In this document: positions 42,296 through 51,960 of the stretch, one piece after another
How positions within the stretch are numbered: position 1 is the stretch's first letter
How the letters are laid out: each line of letters begins with the position of its first letter
Assembly (NCBI GenBank): GCA_900546455.1
Contig: URCS01000001.1
Location: forward strand, 3,040-67,039
Reading direction: 5' to 3'
Origin: an uncultured Collinsella sp.
GTDB taxonomy: Bacteria; Actinomycetota; Coriobacteriia; Coriobacteriales; Coriobacteriaceae
DNA: 64,000 bases
Program-made: the position numbers and the translations under genes
Notes under the pieces: model-generated
The model's database searches: none
Told to the model about the DNA's origin: nothing
Seen by the model: only the letters and a program-made list of their open reading frames with translations

Positions 42296-43815
42296 TGGTC
42301 CCTCCTTCCCTGGTACATCGCCGCCTCGAGCACGTGATCTTGCGACACCCGTTCGCTTTCGGCAACATCGGCGATCGTGCGCGCGATGCGTACCAGGCGC
42401 ACGATGCCGCGACCCGTGAGATGTGTGCGCTTCGACAAGCCAAGCACGCATTTCTCGGCGGCCTCATCAAGCCCAAAGGTCGAAACGACGCCGTCAATGG
42501 ACCGCGACTCATCTTCCTCGGCCTCGGAGTCCGCATCGTCCATACGGGATTCACGCCAGGCGCGAAAGGCGCGCCCACGCACGACGTAATCGCGCAGATC
42601 GGCCGATGACATACCCTCCGCGCCCTCAATGATCACCTGAGGATCGGGGCGGGTCACATCGATCATCATGTCGATACGATCAGCCAAAGGACCGCGCAAC
42701 TTGCCCCGGTAGCGCTCGACCATCGACGCGGAACAACGACACGGCACTTCGCGATCTCCCAAAAACCCGCAGGGGCAGGGATTGCTCGCAGCTAGCAGCT
42801 GAAAGCGCGACGGGAACGTAAAGGCCCCGTCAACGCGCACGATCCTGACGTAGCCGCGTTCGATGGGCTGACGCAGCGTCTGAAGCACGCCGGTGGGAAA
42901 CTCGGCAAGCTCGTCCAAAAAGAGCACGCCGCCATGAGCTAGGCTAATTTCGCCCGGATGCACCGGACGACCGCCGCCGATAAGTCCCGCGGTCGAAATG
43001 CTGTGGTGCGGGCTGCGGAAGGGCCGATGCCCCGCAAGCAGTCCATCGATGTTCTCGCCCAAGACCGAATGGATGCACAGCGCCTCTTGCTGATCCTCAA
43101 CAGAAAGCTCGGGCAAAATGCCCGTCATGCGCCGCGCAAGCATGGTCTTGCCCGAACCGGGCGAGCCGATCATGAGCAGGCCGAGCTCGCCGGCGGCCGC
43201 AAGCGCCATGCCACGTTTGGCGACCTCCTGCCCCAGCACGTCGGCATAATCGAGCTCGGGCTCAAAAGTCGCCTCGAGCACTTCAGAATCCAGGTAATGC
43301 CGTGCGGCATCCCCCATGCCATGGGCAAGCTGAGATAGGTGGTCGATAAACCCGCAGTCAACGCCAGCAAGCGGGACATGTTGATCGGACCTACCGGCGA
43401 TAAAGGAAAGCCCCATATCGCGCGCCAACAGCTGAAACGCCACCTCGCCCTTGACGGGCACAACCGTGCCGTCCAGACCAAGCTCGCCTGCGATAAGGCA
43501 GCGATCGAGGTCGTCACGGGGAATCTGCCCATCGGCCGCCAGAACCGCGATGGCAATCGGCAGGTCAAAACCGCTGCCAGTTTTACGGATATCGCCGGGT
43601 GCCAGGTTGACGGTAATGCCCGACCGAGGAATCTCGAAGCCGGCCGAGCGCATGGCGCACCGGATACGCCCGCGCGACTCCATCACCTCCATGCTCGGAA
43701 TGCCGAGCATCTGGATGCCCGGAACGCCACCGGCAAGCGAGACCTCGACGGTGACGGGAATTGCCTCGACGCCGCGGATACAGGCCGCGTGTACGGCAAA
43801 CGTCTCGAACGCCAT
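42292..43815 (-). CDS. comM: Mg-chelatase-like AAA+ protein ComM/YifB
   Basis: N-terminal Lon-like domain, Walker A GSPGSGKTMLA, and ChlI-type C-terminus. Start at the ATG at 43815. Confidence 0.9.
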   Translation of the reverse strand: MAFETFAVHAACIRGVEAIPVTVEVSLAGGVPGIQMLGIPSMEVMESRGRIRCAMRSAGFEIPRSGITVNLAPGDIRKTGSGFDLPIAIAVLAADGQIPRDDLDRCLIAGELGLDGTVVPVKGEVAFQLLARDMGLSFIAGRSDQHVPLAGVDCGFIDHLSQLAHGMGDAARHYLDSEVLEATFEPELDYADVLGQEVAKRGMALAAAGELGLLMIGSPGSGKTMLARRMTGILPELSVEDQQEALCIHSVLGENIDGLLAGHRPFRSPHHSISTAGLIGGGRPVHPGEISLAHGGVLFLDELAEFPTGVLQTLRQPIERGYVRIVRVDGAFTFPSRFQLLAASNPCPCGFLGDREVPCRCSASMVERYRGKLRGPLADRIDMMIDVTRPDPQVIIEGAEGMSSADLRDYVVRGRAFRAWRESRMDDADSEAEEDESRSIDGVVSTFGLDEAAEKCVLGLSKRTHLTGRGIVRLVRIARTIADVAESERVSQDHVLEAAMYQGRRDQ

Positions 43816-44300
43816 CACGACACCTGCCAATCGAACGCATTGTACTGGTGCTCGATCTCGGCGATATGCCCGCCGCGGATGGTGACGCCCACGGCATCGA
43901 AGCGAATCGACCTGAGAGGATAGTGCTCCATGAGATAGCAACTTGCGATACGGCGATACCGGCGCTGCTTTTGGGCGTCCACGGCCTCCTCGGGAAAGAC
44001 CCGCGTGGCGCAATCCAGGGCGACGCGTCTCGTCTTGACCTCGGCCATCACCACGACATCGTCGAGCTCATCGAGCAGCACCAGATCGGCTTCGCCCTCA
44101 ATGCAACGATAGCCCTGCTCCAACAAGGTGTAACCACGCTCGTTAAAGTAATCGATGGTGATCAGCTCGCCCAGCATGCCGAGCTCGCGGGGACTGAGCC
44201 CCTTGATAAACTCGGGCGTCATCGCCCCGCAGTCGAGCTCGCCGTCTTCCCAGCGTTCCTTGAGTTGCTGCGTCTTGCTCTTTTTGCTTGCGGCACACAT
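43815..44300 (-). CDS. yraN: YraN family (UPF0102) endonuclease-like protein
   Basis: ...GELITIDYFNERGYTLLEQGYRCIEGEADLVLLD...VVVMAEVKTRR.... The ATG at 44300 follows AAAGGAG. Confidence 0.8.
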   Translation of the reverse strand: MCAASKKSKTQQLKERWEDGELDCGAMTPEFIKGLSPRELGMLGELITIDYFNERGYTLLEQGYRCIEGEADLVLLDELDDVVVMAEVKTRRVALDCATRVFPEEAVDAQKQRRYRRIASCYLMEHYPLRSIRFDAVGVTIRGGHIAEIEHQYNAFDWQVS

Positions 44301-44489
44301 GGGGTCTCCTTTCCCGCACACTGCATTGCCCCGATGATGAGGGCACTTTTCATGCGGGTAAGTACCGGAAGCAAACCAAAAGCTGACCAAATGCCGACAA
44401 AAAACGGGCCGTACGCAACAATAGCGTTGCACACGGCCCGCTACCAGCAGGTTTATAAAACGCCAGGGGTCCCTGTCTCCACAATTGAC

Positions 44490-45278
44490 CTAGAAAAGGC
44501 GCTCAGTCTGCAGAAAGTTTCCGCAAAAGCTCACACGATGCAGCGGACAAAGTCCATGTTTGCGAATCGCCTCGATGTGCTCGGGGCTTGCGTAGCCCTT
44601 CGACTCGGCCAAATGATACTCGGGGTACTCGGCATCGTACTCGACCATCATCTCGTCACGCGTCACCTTAGCCATGATGGACGCCGCGGCGATACAGGCG
44701 ATTTTGGCATCGCCCTTCACCACGTCGCGCTCGTTGGGAACGGCGCCCAAGGGGTTACCGTCCATAAGCACGCAATCGGGCTCGAGCCCCGTATCGGCCA
44801 CGGCGCCCGCGACGGCAGCGCGGATGGCGCGGGCCATGCCCATATCGTCGATATCCGCGGGCGCGATATGGCAAAAACCAATCGCCGTCGCGACCTCGGC
44901 AATCTTCACCGAGAGCAGCTCGCGGCGCGCCGGCGTGAGCTTTTTGGAATCGTTGATGCCCCAGACGCGCGGCTCCATGGGAAGGCACACGGCGCACACC
45001 GTCAAAGGACCGGCCACCGAGCCGCGACCCACCTCGTCCACGCCCACGACCACGCCATCCCCACCGAGCTCGTGCATCAGCTCGTACATGCCGTTGACGC
45101 GCTCGCGCTCGGCAAGTTCCTTGGCATGGCGCTTAAGAGCACGCTCGCAAGCCTTGATCACTTGCTGGCGCGGATCCTCACGATAATGCTCCACGAGGGC
45201 GGGGATCTCCTCAAACGTGGCGCTCGCCAGCTCGCCGGCAACCTGCGATGCCGAAACCGAGCTCGTCATGTTGGCCAT
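44490..45278 (-). CDS. rnhB: Ribonuclease HII
   Basis: VGVDEVGRGSVAGPL motif. The ATG at 45278 follows AAGGAGG. Confidence 0.93.
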   Translation of the reverse strand: MANMTSSVSASQVAGELASATFEEIPALVEHYREDPRQQVIKACERALKRHAKELAERERVNGMYELMHELGGDGVVVGVDEVGRGSVAGPLTVCAVCLPMEPRVWGINDSKKLTPARRELLSVKIAEVATAIGFCHIAPADIDDMGMARAIRAAVAGAVADTGLEPDCVLMDGNPLGAVPNERDVVKGDAKIACIAAASIMAKVTRDEMMVEYDAEYPEYHLAESKGYASPEHIEAIRKHGLCPLHRVSFCGNFLQTERLF

Positions 45279-45304
45279 ATCGGGGCCTCCTTGCATGCAA
45301 ATCA

Positions 45305-45337
45305 GATAAAAAGAAGGGCCACCCGAAGGTGACCCTT
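45305..45337 (-). terminator. Rho-independent terminator after rplS
   Basis: On the minus strand: AAGGGUCACC, UUCG tetraloop, GGUGGCCCUU, then CUUUUUA. Confidence 0.75.
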
Positions 45338-45371
45338 TTGTCCAAATGAGTGGACAGACGCTGCGATCTTC

Positions 45372-45719
45372 TTAGCGCTTCTCGGGGATGCGAGCAGCCT
45401 TGCCCACCTTGTCGCGGAGGTAGTACAGCTTGGCGCGACGGACGCGGCCATGACGGACGACCTCGAGCTTAGCGATCTTGGGGCTGTGAAGCGGGAAGGT
45501 ACGCTCAACACCGACACCGAAGGAAATCTTGCGGACGGTGAAGGTCTCACGGGCACCGGCGCCGGCCATGCGGATGACGTCACCCTGGAAAACCTGGATG
45601 CGCTCGCGGTCGCCTTCCTTAATGCGGTAGTGAACCTTGACGTTGTCGGCAACGCGGACCTGCGGGATGTCCTCGCGGATCTGCTGACGCTCGATTGCGC
45701 GGATGTAATCCATGTGCAA
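45372..45719 (-). CDS. rplS: 50S ribosomal protein L19
   Basis: 115 aa, ...[23 protein letters not shown].... Confidence 0.97.
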   Translation of the reverse strand: MHMDYIRAIERQQIREDIPQVRVADNVKVHYRIKEGDRERIQVFQGDVIRMAGAGARETFTVRKISFGVGVERTFPLHSPKIAKLEVVRHGRVRRAKLYYLRDKVGKAARIPEKR

Positions 45720-45861
45720 TTCCTTACTCTTCTAGAGGTGCCGTACCACCTTGGCCGGCACGTAGTTGAACAAACGTATTCGAGTATACACGCCACGACC
45801 TTGGCTGCAAGAACTATTTTGCCCGTGCGCAAAAAGACAAAAACACGCACTCTTTCTGCAC

Positions 45862-48669
45862 TTATGCGCCGTCCGCAGCATCAGTCGTCGGGGTCGTCAC
45901 GGTCGTTCCGGGCGCGATATAGCCGTATTCGAGCAGCACCGAAAGCGCATGCTGCTTCCAGGTGGCAAGCTCTTCGTCATTATAGTTGTCATGGGCCCAT
46001 TCATTCATCGCGTCCTCGGCGTCTTGGGGCACCAGGTCCTGGCTGTCCGCCATCAGGTACAGGATGCCTAAGATGTCGAAGTCCTGCTTGGTCATCTCTT
46101 CCTTGTTTGATGTGCTGATGAGGCCGTGATCGATGCCGTAGCGGCAGATATCGGTCAAAACGGTAACGAGGCCCGTAGGAATCGACGAGGTATCCTTCGC
46201 GGCAGCGGGCGCGGTGTCGTCAGTTACTGCAGCGGCATCGTCGCTCGACGGAGCAGACTCGGCCGCGTTCGCATCGGAAGCTGCCTGTTCTCCCTGGGCA
46301 GGAGCCGCGCTATCCGTCGTTGCCGAAGAATCCCCCGTGGAGGCGGACGTAACGCTCACCGGTGTCTCGACCACGGTCGTCATCGGGTCGACCGGTGCGG
46401 GTGCGGCGATGACCTCGGCCCAATCGGAATACACGCCGTCAATAAAGGCGCGAACATGGAAGGTGCCCGGTTGCGAGATGGTCATCGTGCCGTCCGTCGC
46501 GACCGAAATGCCCTTGCTCTCGAGCTCTTGGGCCTCCCAGCTGCAGACCCTATCGACCTCCTTGCCCGTCGTGTCATAGACCGTAGCCGTCAGGCCTTCG
46601 ATGCCGTTGAGATTTTCCTCGACGCCGACGACGGTCTGTGCCGAGCCCTCGAGTTTGATGCTACCGTTAAACGGCTCGGGCGCCACGTCGCTTACCTTAT
46701 ATTTGTAGGCCGCGGCGTCGATCTCGTCATTGGTCGAGACATGCCCGTTCACGTCCACATAGGTGTCCTCGGGAATAAAGTACTTTACGTAGGCGGTGCC
46801 GGCCTTTTTACCCACCACGACTTGCTCGTGGGTGACAGGGTCGGTCTGGATCTCGATGACGTCGGACTTGCACTCCTTGCCCTTTTTATCGACCACGCGC
46901 CAGTCGCCCGACGACTTCACAAAGCCGTAGTAGTCAACATCGTCCTCGTCCCTTGCGCGCACGCGATAGGAAGAGATGGGGTCTTCCTCTCCCACCGTAA
47001 GCCTTCGGGTCTTATCGGTCTGCAGCGACACGAGAATCTTGGAGATGGGCTTAATAGGCTGCGGCGTGCCCAGCTGCGTATCGACCGTCACCGACTCAAA
47101 CGACAGATTGGAACCCGTAATGGACATGGGGTAGGTGGCGGCCATGTCATTGAGCACGTTGCACGTGCGCGGAGCGCCACCGTTGCGCGAAGGCACCTCG
47201 CGATCGGCCAGGACCGAATTCCAATCGATGGCTCGCACCATGTGGTTGTTGGTGCGATGCGACCAGCTCGTAACGTTTCCGGCGGTGGTATCGTAGCCGT
47301 CGTCGCCACGATGGGCAATCGAGCGCAGAAACAGGTTCTGCACGGCGTCGGTCGACTGATCGCCAAAGGTGGTATAGAACGAGCGCTGGTCATAACCGGC
47401 GGTATGGAACTCCTGCACGGCGGCGTTGTCGTCGTAGCACTCGCCGTTCATGTTAAAGATGATCACGTCGAACGTCACGCCCACCGGCTGGTCATAGTCC
47501 TCGGACAGCGTCGTGGTAGAACTCGTCTGCTTGCTATTGACCTGCGTGTGCGCCGGGATCGTCATGTTGACGGTAACCGACTGATTGTCCGTCGTGGTGA
47601 TCGACTGTTCCTCGGTCTTGCTCGCCTCCCACAACTGGGACATCGTGGTTTCGGCCGAAAACGAAGTCTCGATCTCCTCGCTCGCTGTTGCGGGCACGCC
47701 CAGCGACTCCTTGAGGCTCACCGATGCGCCCCACGAGCCGCCTTTGGAATACGATGCGGATTCAGAAGTGCTCGTGCCGACCGTCTCTTCGGTACCGCGG
47801 GCGAGCGTGATGCTCTGCGAGGCGTCCTCATAGCCGACGTTAAGTGCCGAGGTAACGAGCTCCTGCTCAGTCTTAGAATCGACAAAGGAATAGCCCGGCG
47901 CGTCCTCGGGCGCACAGTTAAGCTTGTTCACGCTGTTGAGCTGCTGAACTCTAAAGTTATAGAACGCGATGCCAAAGCCATTGAAATCGTACTGGTAGGT
48001 GCCGCCGAGCTTGTCGACACAAGCAATGGTGGCATAGATGACGTCCTGCTCAGTCGTGTCTTTCGACAGTCCGTCGAGCGGCACGTATTTACGGAAATCG
48101 GAGCCCTTCAGCTTATGACCGATGCAGCCGGCGATATCGTCGGTCAAGCGCTCGTAAACCGCATTGAGGCTTTTTGCAGATGTCAGACCACTCTGCTTCG
48201 ATTTGTCGGCACCATCGGAATGCTCACCGTTGCCGCCCGAAAGCGCATCATAGAGATAGATGTAGTGACCCTTACCAAAGTCCTTCTCAAAGCCCTTGCC
48301 GGCGTGGTCCCAGTACAAAAAGTCCCCGGAGTCGTCGCCTCCACCATAGCCAAGGATGTTATAGGCTAGCGATGCCCAGTTGGGCAGCACCTTTTTGACG
48401 GCGGCCGTATAGAACGAGACATTGTCGTACATCGAGGTACGGCCCTCGAGCTTGCCGTCATCGATATCTACAAACGTGCAGTCGCGATCGTTGACCGTAA
48501 TGGTGAGCGGGTTGACCACGTCACCATAGAGCTCGTCGCGCGAATCATCCTGAAGGGCAAAACCGGCTGTCGGTATCCCGCAAAGCGCCGTGACCGCAAC
48601 GACCGCCCAGCACAGGGCCATCTGTGCTCCCCGACGCGCTCGTTGCAAATACCTGGTGAGGTTTTTCAT
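45862..48669 (-). CDS. Large secreted protein with Ser/Thr-rich beta-hairpin region (aerolysin/ETX-MTX2-like?), Ig-like repeats and a C-terminal domain
   Basis: Signal peptide MKNLTRYLQRARRGAQMALCWAVVAVTALCGIPTAGFA. Strong RBS GGGAGGA before the ATG at 48669. Big_2-like segments (VVGKKAGTAYVKYF; TISQPGTFHVRAFI). Ala/Ser/Asp-rich linker. Confidence 0.85.
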   Translation of the reverse strand: MKNLTRYLQRARRGAQMALCWAVVAVTALCGIPTAGFALQDDSRDELYGDVVNPLTITVNDRDCTFVDIDDGKLEGRTSMYDNVSFYTAAVKKVLPNWASLAYNILGYGGGDDSGDFLYWDHAGKGFEKDFGKGHYIYLYDALSGGNGEHSDGADKSKQSGLTSAKSLNAVYERLTDDIAGCIGHKLKGSDFRKYVPLDGLSKDTTEQDVIYATIACVDKLGGTYQYDFNGFGIAFYNFRVQQLNSVNKLNCAPEDAPGYSFVDSKTEQELVTSALNVGYEDASQSITLARGTEETVGTSTSESASYSKGGSWGASVSLKESLGVPATASEEIETSFSAETTMSQLWEASKTEEQSITTTDNQSVTVNMTIPAHTQVNSKQTSSTTTLSEDYDQPVGVTFDVIIFNMNGECYDDNAAVQEFHTAGYDQRSFYTTFGDQSTDAVQNLFLRSIAHRGDDGYDTTAGNVTSWSHRTNNHMVRAIDWNSVLADREVPSRNGGAPRTCNVLNDMAATYPMSITGSNLSFESVTVDTQLGTPQPIKPISKILVSLQTDKTRRLTVGEEDPISSYRVRARDEDDVDYYGFVKSSGDWRVVDKKGKECKSDVIEIQTDPVTHEQVVVGKKAGTAYVKYFIPEDTYVDVNGHVSTNDEIDAAAYKYKVSDVAPEPFNGSIKLEGSAQTVVGVEENLNGIEGLTATVYDTTGKEVDRVCSWEAQELESKGISVATDGTMTISQPGTFHVRAFIDGVYSDWAEVIAAPAPVDPMTTVVETPVSVTSASTGDSSATTDSAAPAQGEQAASDANAAESAPSSDDAAAVTDDTAPAAAKDTSSIPTGLVTVLTDICRYGIDHGLISTSNKEEMTKQDFDILGILYLMADSQDLVPQDAEDAMNEWAHDNYNDEELATWKQHALSVLLEYGYIAPGTTVTTPTTDAADGA

Positions 48670-48707
48670 CGCAGTCCTCCCGTCAGTTGCCAATGTATTG
48701 AACCAAC

Positions 48708-48743
48708 GTAAAACGCCGCCGCGTCCACAGGGGCGCGACGGCG
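48708..48743 (-). terminator. Rho-independent terminator after ppdK
   Basis: 10-bp GC stem (CGCCGUCGCG/CGCGGCGGCG, one G-U pair) followed by UUUUA on the minus strand. Confidence 0.7.
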
Positions 48744-48783
48744 CGAAGGGGGGCGTAAAAGGCGCAAATGGAACGCGACTCAG

Positions 48784-51534
48784 TTAAGCGGAACGCTTGG
48801 CCTCTAGCTTGGCCTGAGCGGCAGCCAGGCGCGCGAGGGGCACGCGATAGGGCGAGCAGGACACGTAGTCCACGTCGGCCGCGTTAAACAGGGCCTTGAT
48901 GGACTTGGGGTCGCCGCCGTGCTCACCGCACACGCCAAAGTGCATGCCGGGGTTGGTGGCACGGCCCTTCTCGACTGCCATGCGCACCAGCTCGAGCACC
49001 GCCGAGTCGATGGTCTCGAAGGGGTTCTCCTTCAAGATCTTCTTGTGCAGGTACAGCGGGATGAACTTGGCCTCGGCATCGTCGCGGGAGAAGCCGAAGG
49101 TCGTCTGCGTGAGGTCGTTGGTGCCAAAGCAGAAGAAATCGGCGTGCTGGGCGATCTCGTCGGCGACCATGCAGGCGCGCGGCAGCTCGAGCATCGTACC
49201 CACAGGAATGTTGAGCTCCACGCCCTCCTCGGCGGAAACCTCGGCGATGACGCGCTCGATGACCTCACGGGTCTGGACATGCTCGGCCGTGATGGAGACG
49301 AGCGGGACCATAATCTCAGGACGCGGGTCGACGCCCTCCTTGATGAGGCGGGCGGCAGCCGTTGCCACGGCACGGACCTGCATAAGCGGCAGGTCACCGA
49401 AGACGACGGACAGACGCACACCGCGCAGGCCGAGCATGGGGTTGGACTCGACCATGCCGTCGATGCGACGCAGGCGGGCACGCAGGGCGGCGAGCTCCTC
49501 CTCGGGAGCGCCAGCGGCCTCCTTCTTGGTGATGGCGACCTCGAGCTCGCGAGGATTATCTAGGAACTCATGAAGCGGCGGATCGATCAGGCGAACGACC
49601 ACGTCGCGGCCGGTCATGGTCTTAAACATGGCCAGGAAGTCCTCGGTCTGGACCTTGAGCAGATCGGCCAAGGCCTGCTGCTTCACGGCCTCGTCATCGG
49701 ACAGGATGAAGCTCTGGATGATGTTCTTGCGATCGCCCAGGAACATATGCTCGGTGCGGCACAGGCCGATGGCCTCGGCGCCAAACTCGAGCGCGAGCTC
49801 GGCGTCCTCGGGGTTGTCGGCGTTGACGCGCACGTGGTTGGCGTGGCCGCAGGTCTCATCCAGACGAATCTCATCGGCCCAGGACAGGATAGTGTCCAGG
49901 TCACCAGTAAGCTCGGCGGAGACCAAGTCAACGGCGCCGTCGACAACGATGCCCTGGGTACCGTCGATGGAGATGATGTCGCCCTCGTGCAGTACGCGAT
50001 CGCTACCCTCGATACGCACGACCTTCTCGGCCGCGTCGATATGGAAGCGCTCGACACCGCAGACGCAGGGCGTACCCATGCCGCGGGCGATAACGGCGGC
50101 ATGGCTCGTCTTGCCACCGTGGCTCGTCAGGATGCCCTCGGCGGCAACCATGCCCTTCAGGTCGTCAGGGTTGGTCTCCCAACGGACCAGGATGACCTTG
50201 TGGCCCTCGGCGGAACGCGCGACGGCGTCGTCGCTCGAGAACACGACCTCGCCCACGGCGGCACCGGGGCTGGCGTTAAGACCGGTCGCGAGCGCCTCGT
50301 ACTTCTTGGAGGAGTCGAACTGCGGGTGCAGGAGCTGATCGAGCTGCGCAGGATCGATGCGGCCCACGGCCTCCTCGCGGGTGATGAGGCCCTCCTCGAC
50401 CATCTCGATGGCGATGCGCAGGGCGGCGGTGGCGGTTCGCTTGCCCACGCGGGTCTGGAGCATCCAGAGCTTGCCCTGCTCGATGGTGAACTCGATGTCG
50501 CACATGTCGCGATAGTGATCCTCGAGCGTCAGGAACACGCGCTCGAGCTCCTCGCCTGCGGACTCAAGCCCCGGAGTGGTCTTGAGATCGGCGATGGGCT
50601 CGGTGTTGCGAATGCCGGCGACGACGTCCTCGCCCTGGGCGTTGACCAGAAAGTCGCCGTAGAACTCCTTGGTGCCGTCGGCCGGGTTGCGGGTGAAGGC
50701 GACGCCGGTCGCAGAGGTCTCGCCCTTGTTGCCAAAAGCCATGGCCTGGACGTTGACGGCGGTGCCGAGCTCGTCGGAGATGCCGTGCTGCTTGCGGTAA
50801 ATGCAGGCGCGCTCGTTCATCCAGCTGCCAAAGACGGCCTGGATGGCAAGGCGAAGCTGGAGCTCCGGATCGTGCGGAAAGACGGGCTTACCATCGGCGA
50901 CCTCGAGCTCGGGGTACAGGGCGGCCTCGACGTTGGCGGAGAAGATGCCCTTGAAGGTCTCGACGAGCTCCTGCAGGTCCTCGGCCGAAAGCTCGGAATC
51001 GACGCGGACGCCGGCAACCAGGCGGGCCTGGGTCAGGGCGTTCTCGAACAGGTCGGCGTCGACGCCCATGACGACGTTGGAGAACATCTGGATAAAGCGG
51101 CGATAGCTGTCCCAAGCAAAGCGCGGGTTCTGCGTCTGGGCGATGAGGCCCAGGACGGAATCGTCGTTGAGGCCCAGATTGAGGACCGTGTCCATCATGC
51201 CGGGCATGGAGAACGGAGCGCCAGAGCGCACCGAGACGAGCAGCGGATCGTTGGCATCTCCGAGCTTCTTGCCGCAGCGGGCTTCGAGGTCGGCCTCGGC
51301 GGCAACGATCTCGTCAAGCGCGCCGGCAGGCCAAACATTGCCGGCACCGGAGTACTCAACGCAGGTCTGGCAGGTAATGGTAAAGCCACCGGGGACCGGC
51401 AGGCCGATACGGCTCATCTCGGCAAGGTTAGCGCCCTTGCCGCCAAGCACAAAGTTCATAGACTTGTCGCCCTCGGTGACACAAGTGCCCTGGGCGTCGG
51501 TTCCAAAACGGTAAACCCTCTTGCAATCGCTCAC
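48784..51534 (-). CDS. ppdK: Pyruvate, phosphate dikinase
   Basis: GGKGANLAEM ATP-grasp N-terminus, catalytic His region GGKTSHAAVIARG, and PEP-utilizer TIM barrel. GTG start at 51534 after AAGGGGA; the ORF track start at 51561 is possible. Confidence 0.95.
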   Translation of the reverse strand: MSDCKRVYRFGTDAQGTCVTEGDKSMNFVLGGKGANLAEMSRIGLPVPGGFTITCQTCVEYSGAGNVWPAGALDEIVAAEADLEARCGKKLGDANDPLLVSVRSGAPFSMPGMMDTVLNLGLNDDSVLGLIAQTQNPRFAWDSYRRFIQMFSNVVMGVDADLFENALTQARLVAGVRVDSELSAEDLQELVETFKGIFSANVEAALYPELEVADGKPVFPHDPELQLRLAIQAVFGSWMNERACIYRKQHGISDELGTAVNVQAMAFGNKGETSATGVAFTRNPADGTKEFYGDFLVNAQGEDVVAGIRNTEPIADLKTTPGLESAGEELERVFLTLEDHYRDMCDIEFTIEQGKLWMLQTRVGKRTATAALRIAIEMVEEGLITREEAVGRIDPAQLDQLLHPQFDSSKKYEALATGLNASPGAAVGEVVFSSDDAVARSAEGHKVILVRWETNPDDLKGMVAAEGILTSHGGKTSHAAVIARGMGTPCVCGVERFHIDAAEKVVRIEGSDRVLHEGDIISIDGTQGIVVDGAVDLVSAELTGDLDTILSWADEIRLDETCGHANHVRVNADNPEDAELALEFGAEAIGLCRTEHMFLGDRKNIIQSFILSDDEAVKQQALADLLKVQTEDFLAMFKTMTGRDVVVRLIDPPLHEFLDNPRELEVAITKKEAAGAPEEELAALRARLRRIDGMVESNPMLGLRGVRLSVVFGDLPLMQVRAVATAAARLIKEGVDPRPEIMVPLVSITAEHVQTREVIERVIAEVSAEEGVELNIPVGTMLELPRACMVADEIAQHADFFCFGTNDLTQTTFGFSRDDAEAKFIPLYLHKKILKENPFETIDSAVLELVRMAVEKGRATNPGMHFGVCGEHGGDPKSIKALFNAADVDYVSCSPYRVPLARLAAAQAKLEAKRSA

Positions 51535-51754
51535 GATACTTCCCCTTCTATGTGTTCGCACACACGACCGTGGTAACGAATCGACCCGCCGGATGCGGAC
51601 CGTGAGGGAACTATACGGCGGGTTTTGGGCGGGCTTGAGCAGAGGCTGCGCGGTTTGGTAAACGTGCTAAAGCTGGCGGTAAACGGTAGGTAAAGGTGGT
51701 TACCTTATGAAGATACCAGTACAACGTAGTCGCAGGTCAAAAGCGGTATAAACT

Positions 51755-51770
51755 GCTAAAACGCTTTAGC
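51755..51770. promoter_or_regulatory. 16-bp near-palindrome GCTAAAACGCTTTAGC upstream of ppdK (candidate operator)
   Basis: Central-CG dyad of LacI/cre-like shape, about 220 nt upstream of the ppdK start. It shares TAAAACGCTT with the adhE-upstream repeat. Confidence 0.35.
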
Positions 51771-51866
51771 AAAAAGCTGTAATTATTGGAATGGAATCTC
51801 TTAAACTACGCAATAGCCAAGAAAGACAAAATCTATCAGAAGTATTTGTCCCAGGGATTTTGGTCA

Positions 51867-51885
51867 GAGTAGCTAATTTGGGACG
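51867..51885. repeat. Left copy of the 19-bp perfect inverted repeat bracketing the insert (GAGTAGCTAATTTGGGACG)
   Basis: Exact reverse complement of 63251-63269, read directly from the sequence. Confidence 0.85.
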
Positions 51886-51960
51886 GGGCTATTTTAGCCA
51901 CCCCGGCAGATAGCGCGAATGCTTTGGCGGAGTAACGGCCGGGGTAGCTAAAAAAGCCCC
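51885..51960. repeat. Long imperfect hairpin (22-nt arms, 20/22 paired, about 32-nt loop)
   Basis: GGGGCTATTTTAGCCACCCCGG ... CCGGGGTAGCTAAAAAAGCCCC, immediately adjacent to the left inverted-repeat copy. Confidence 0.6.
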
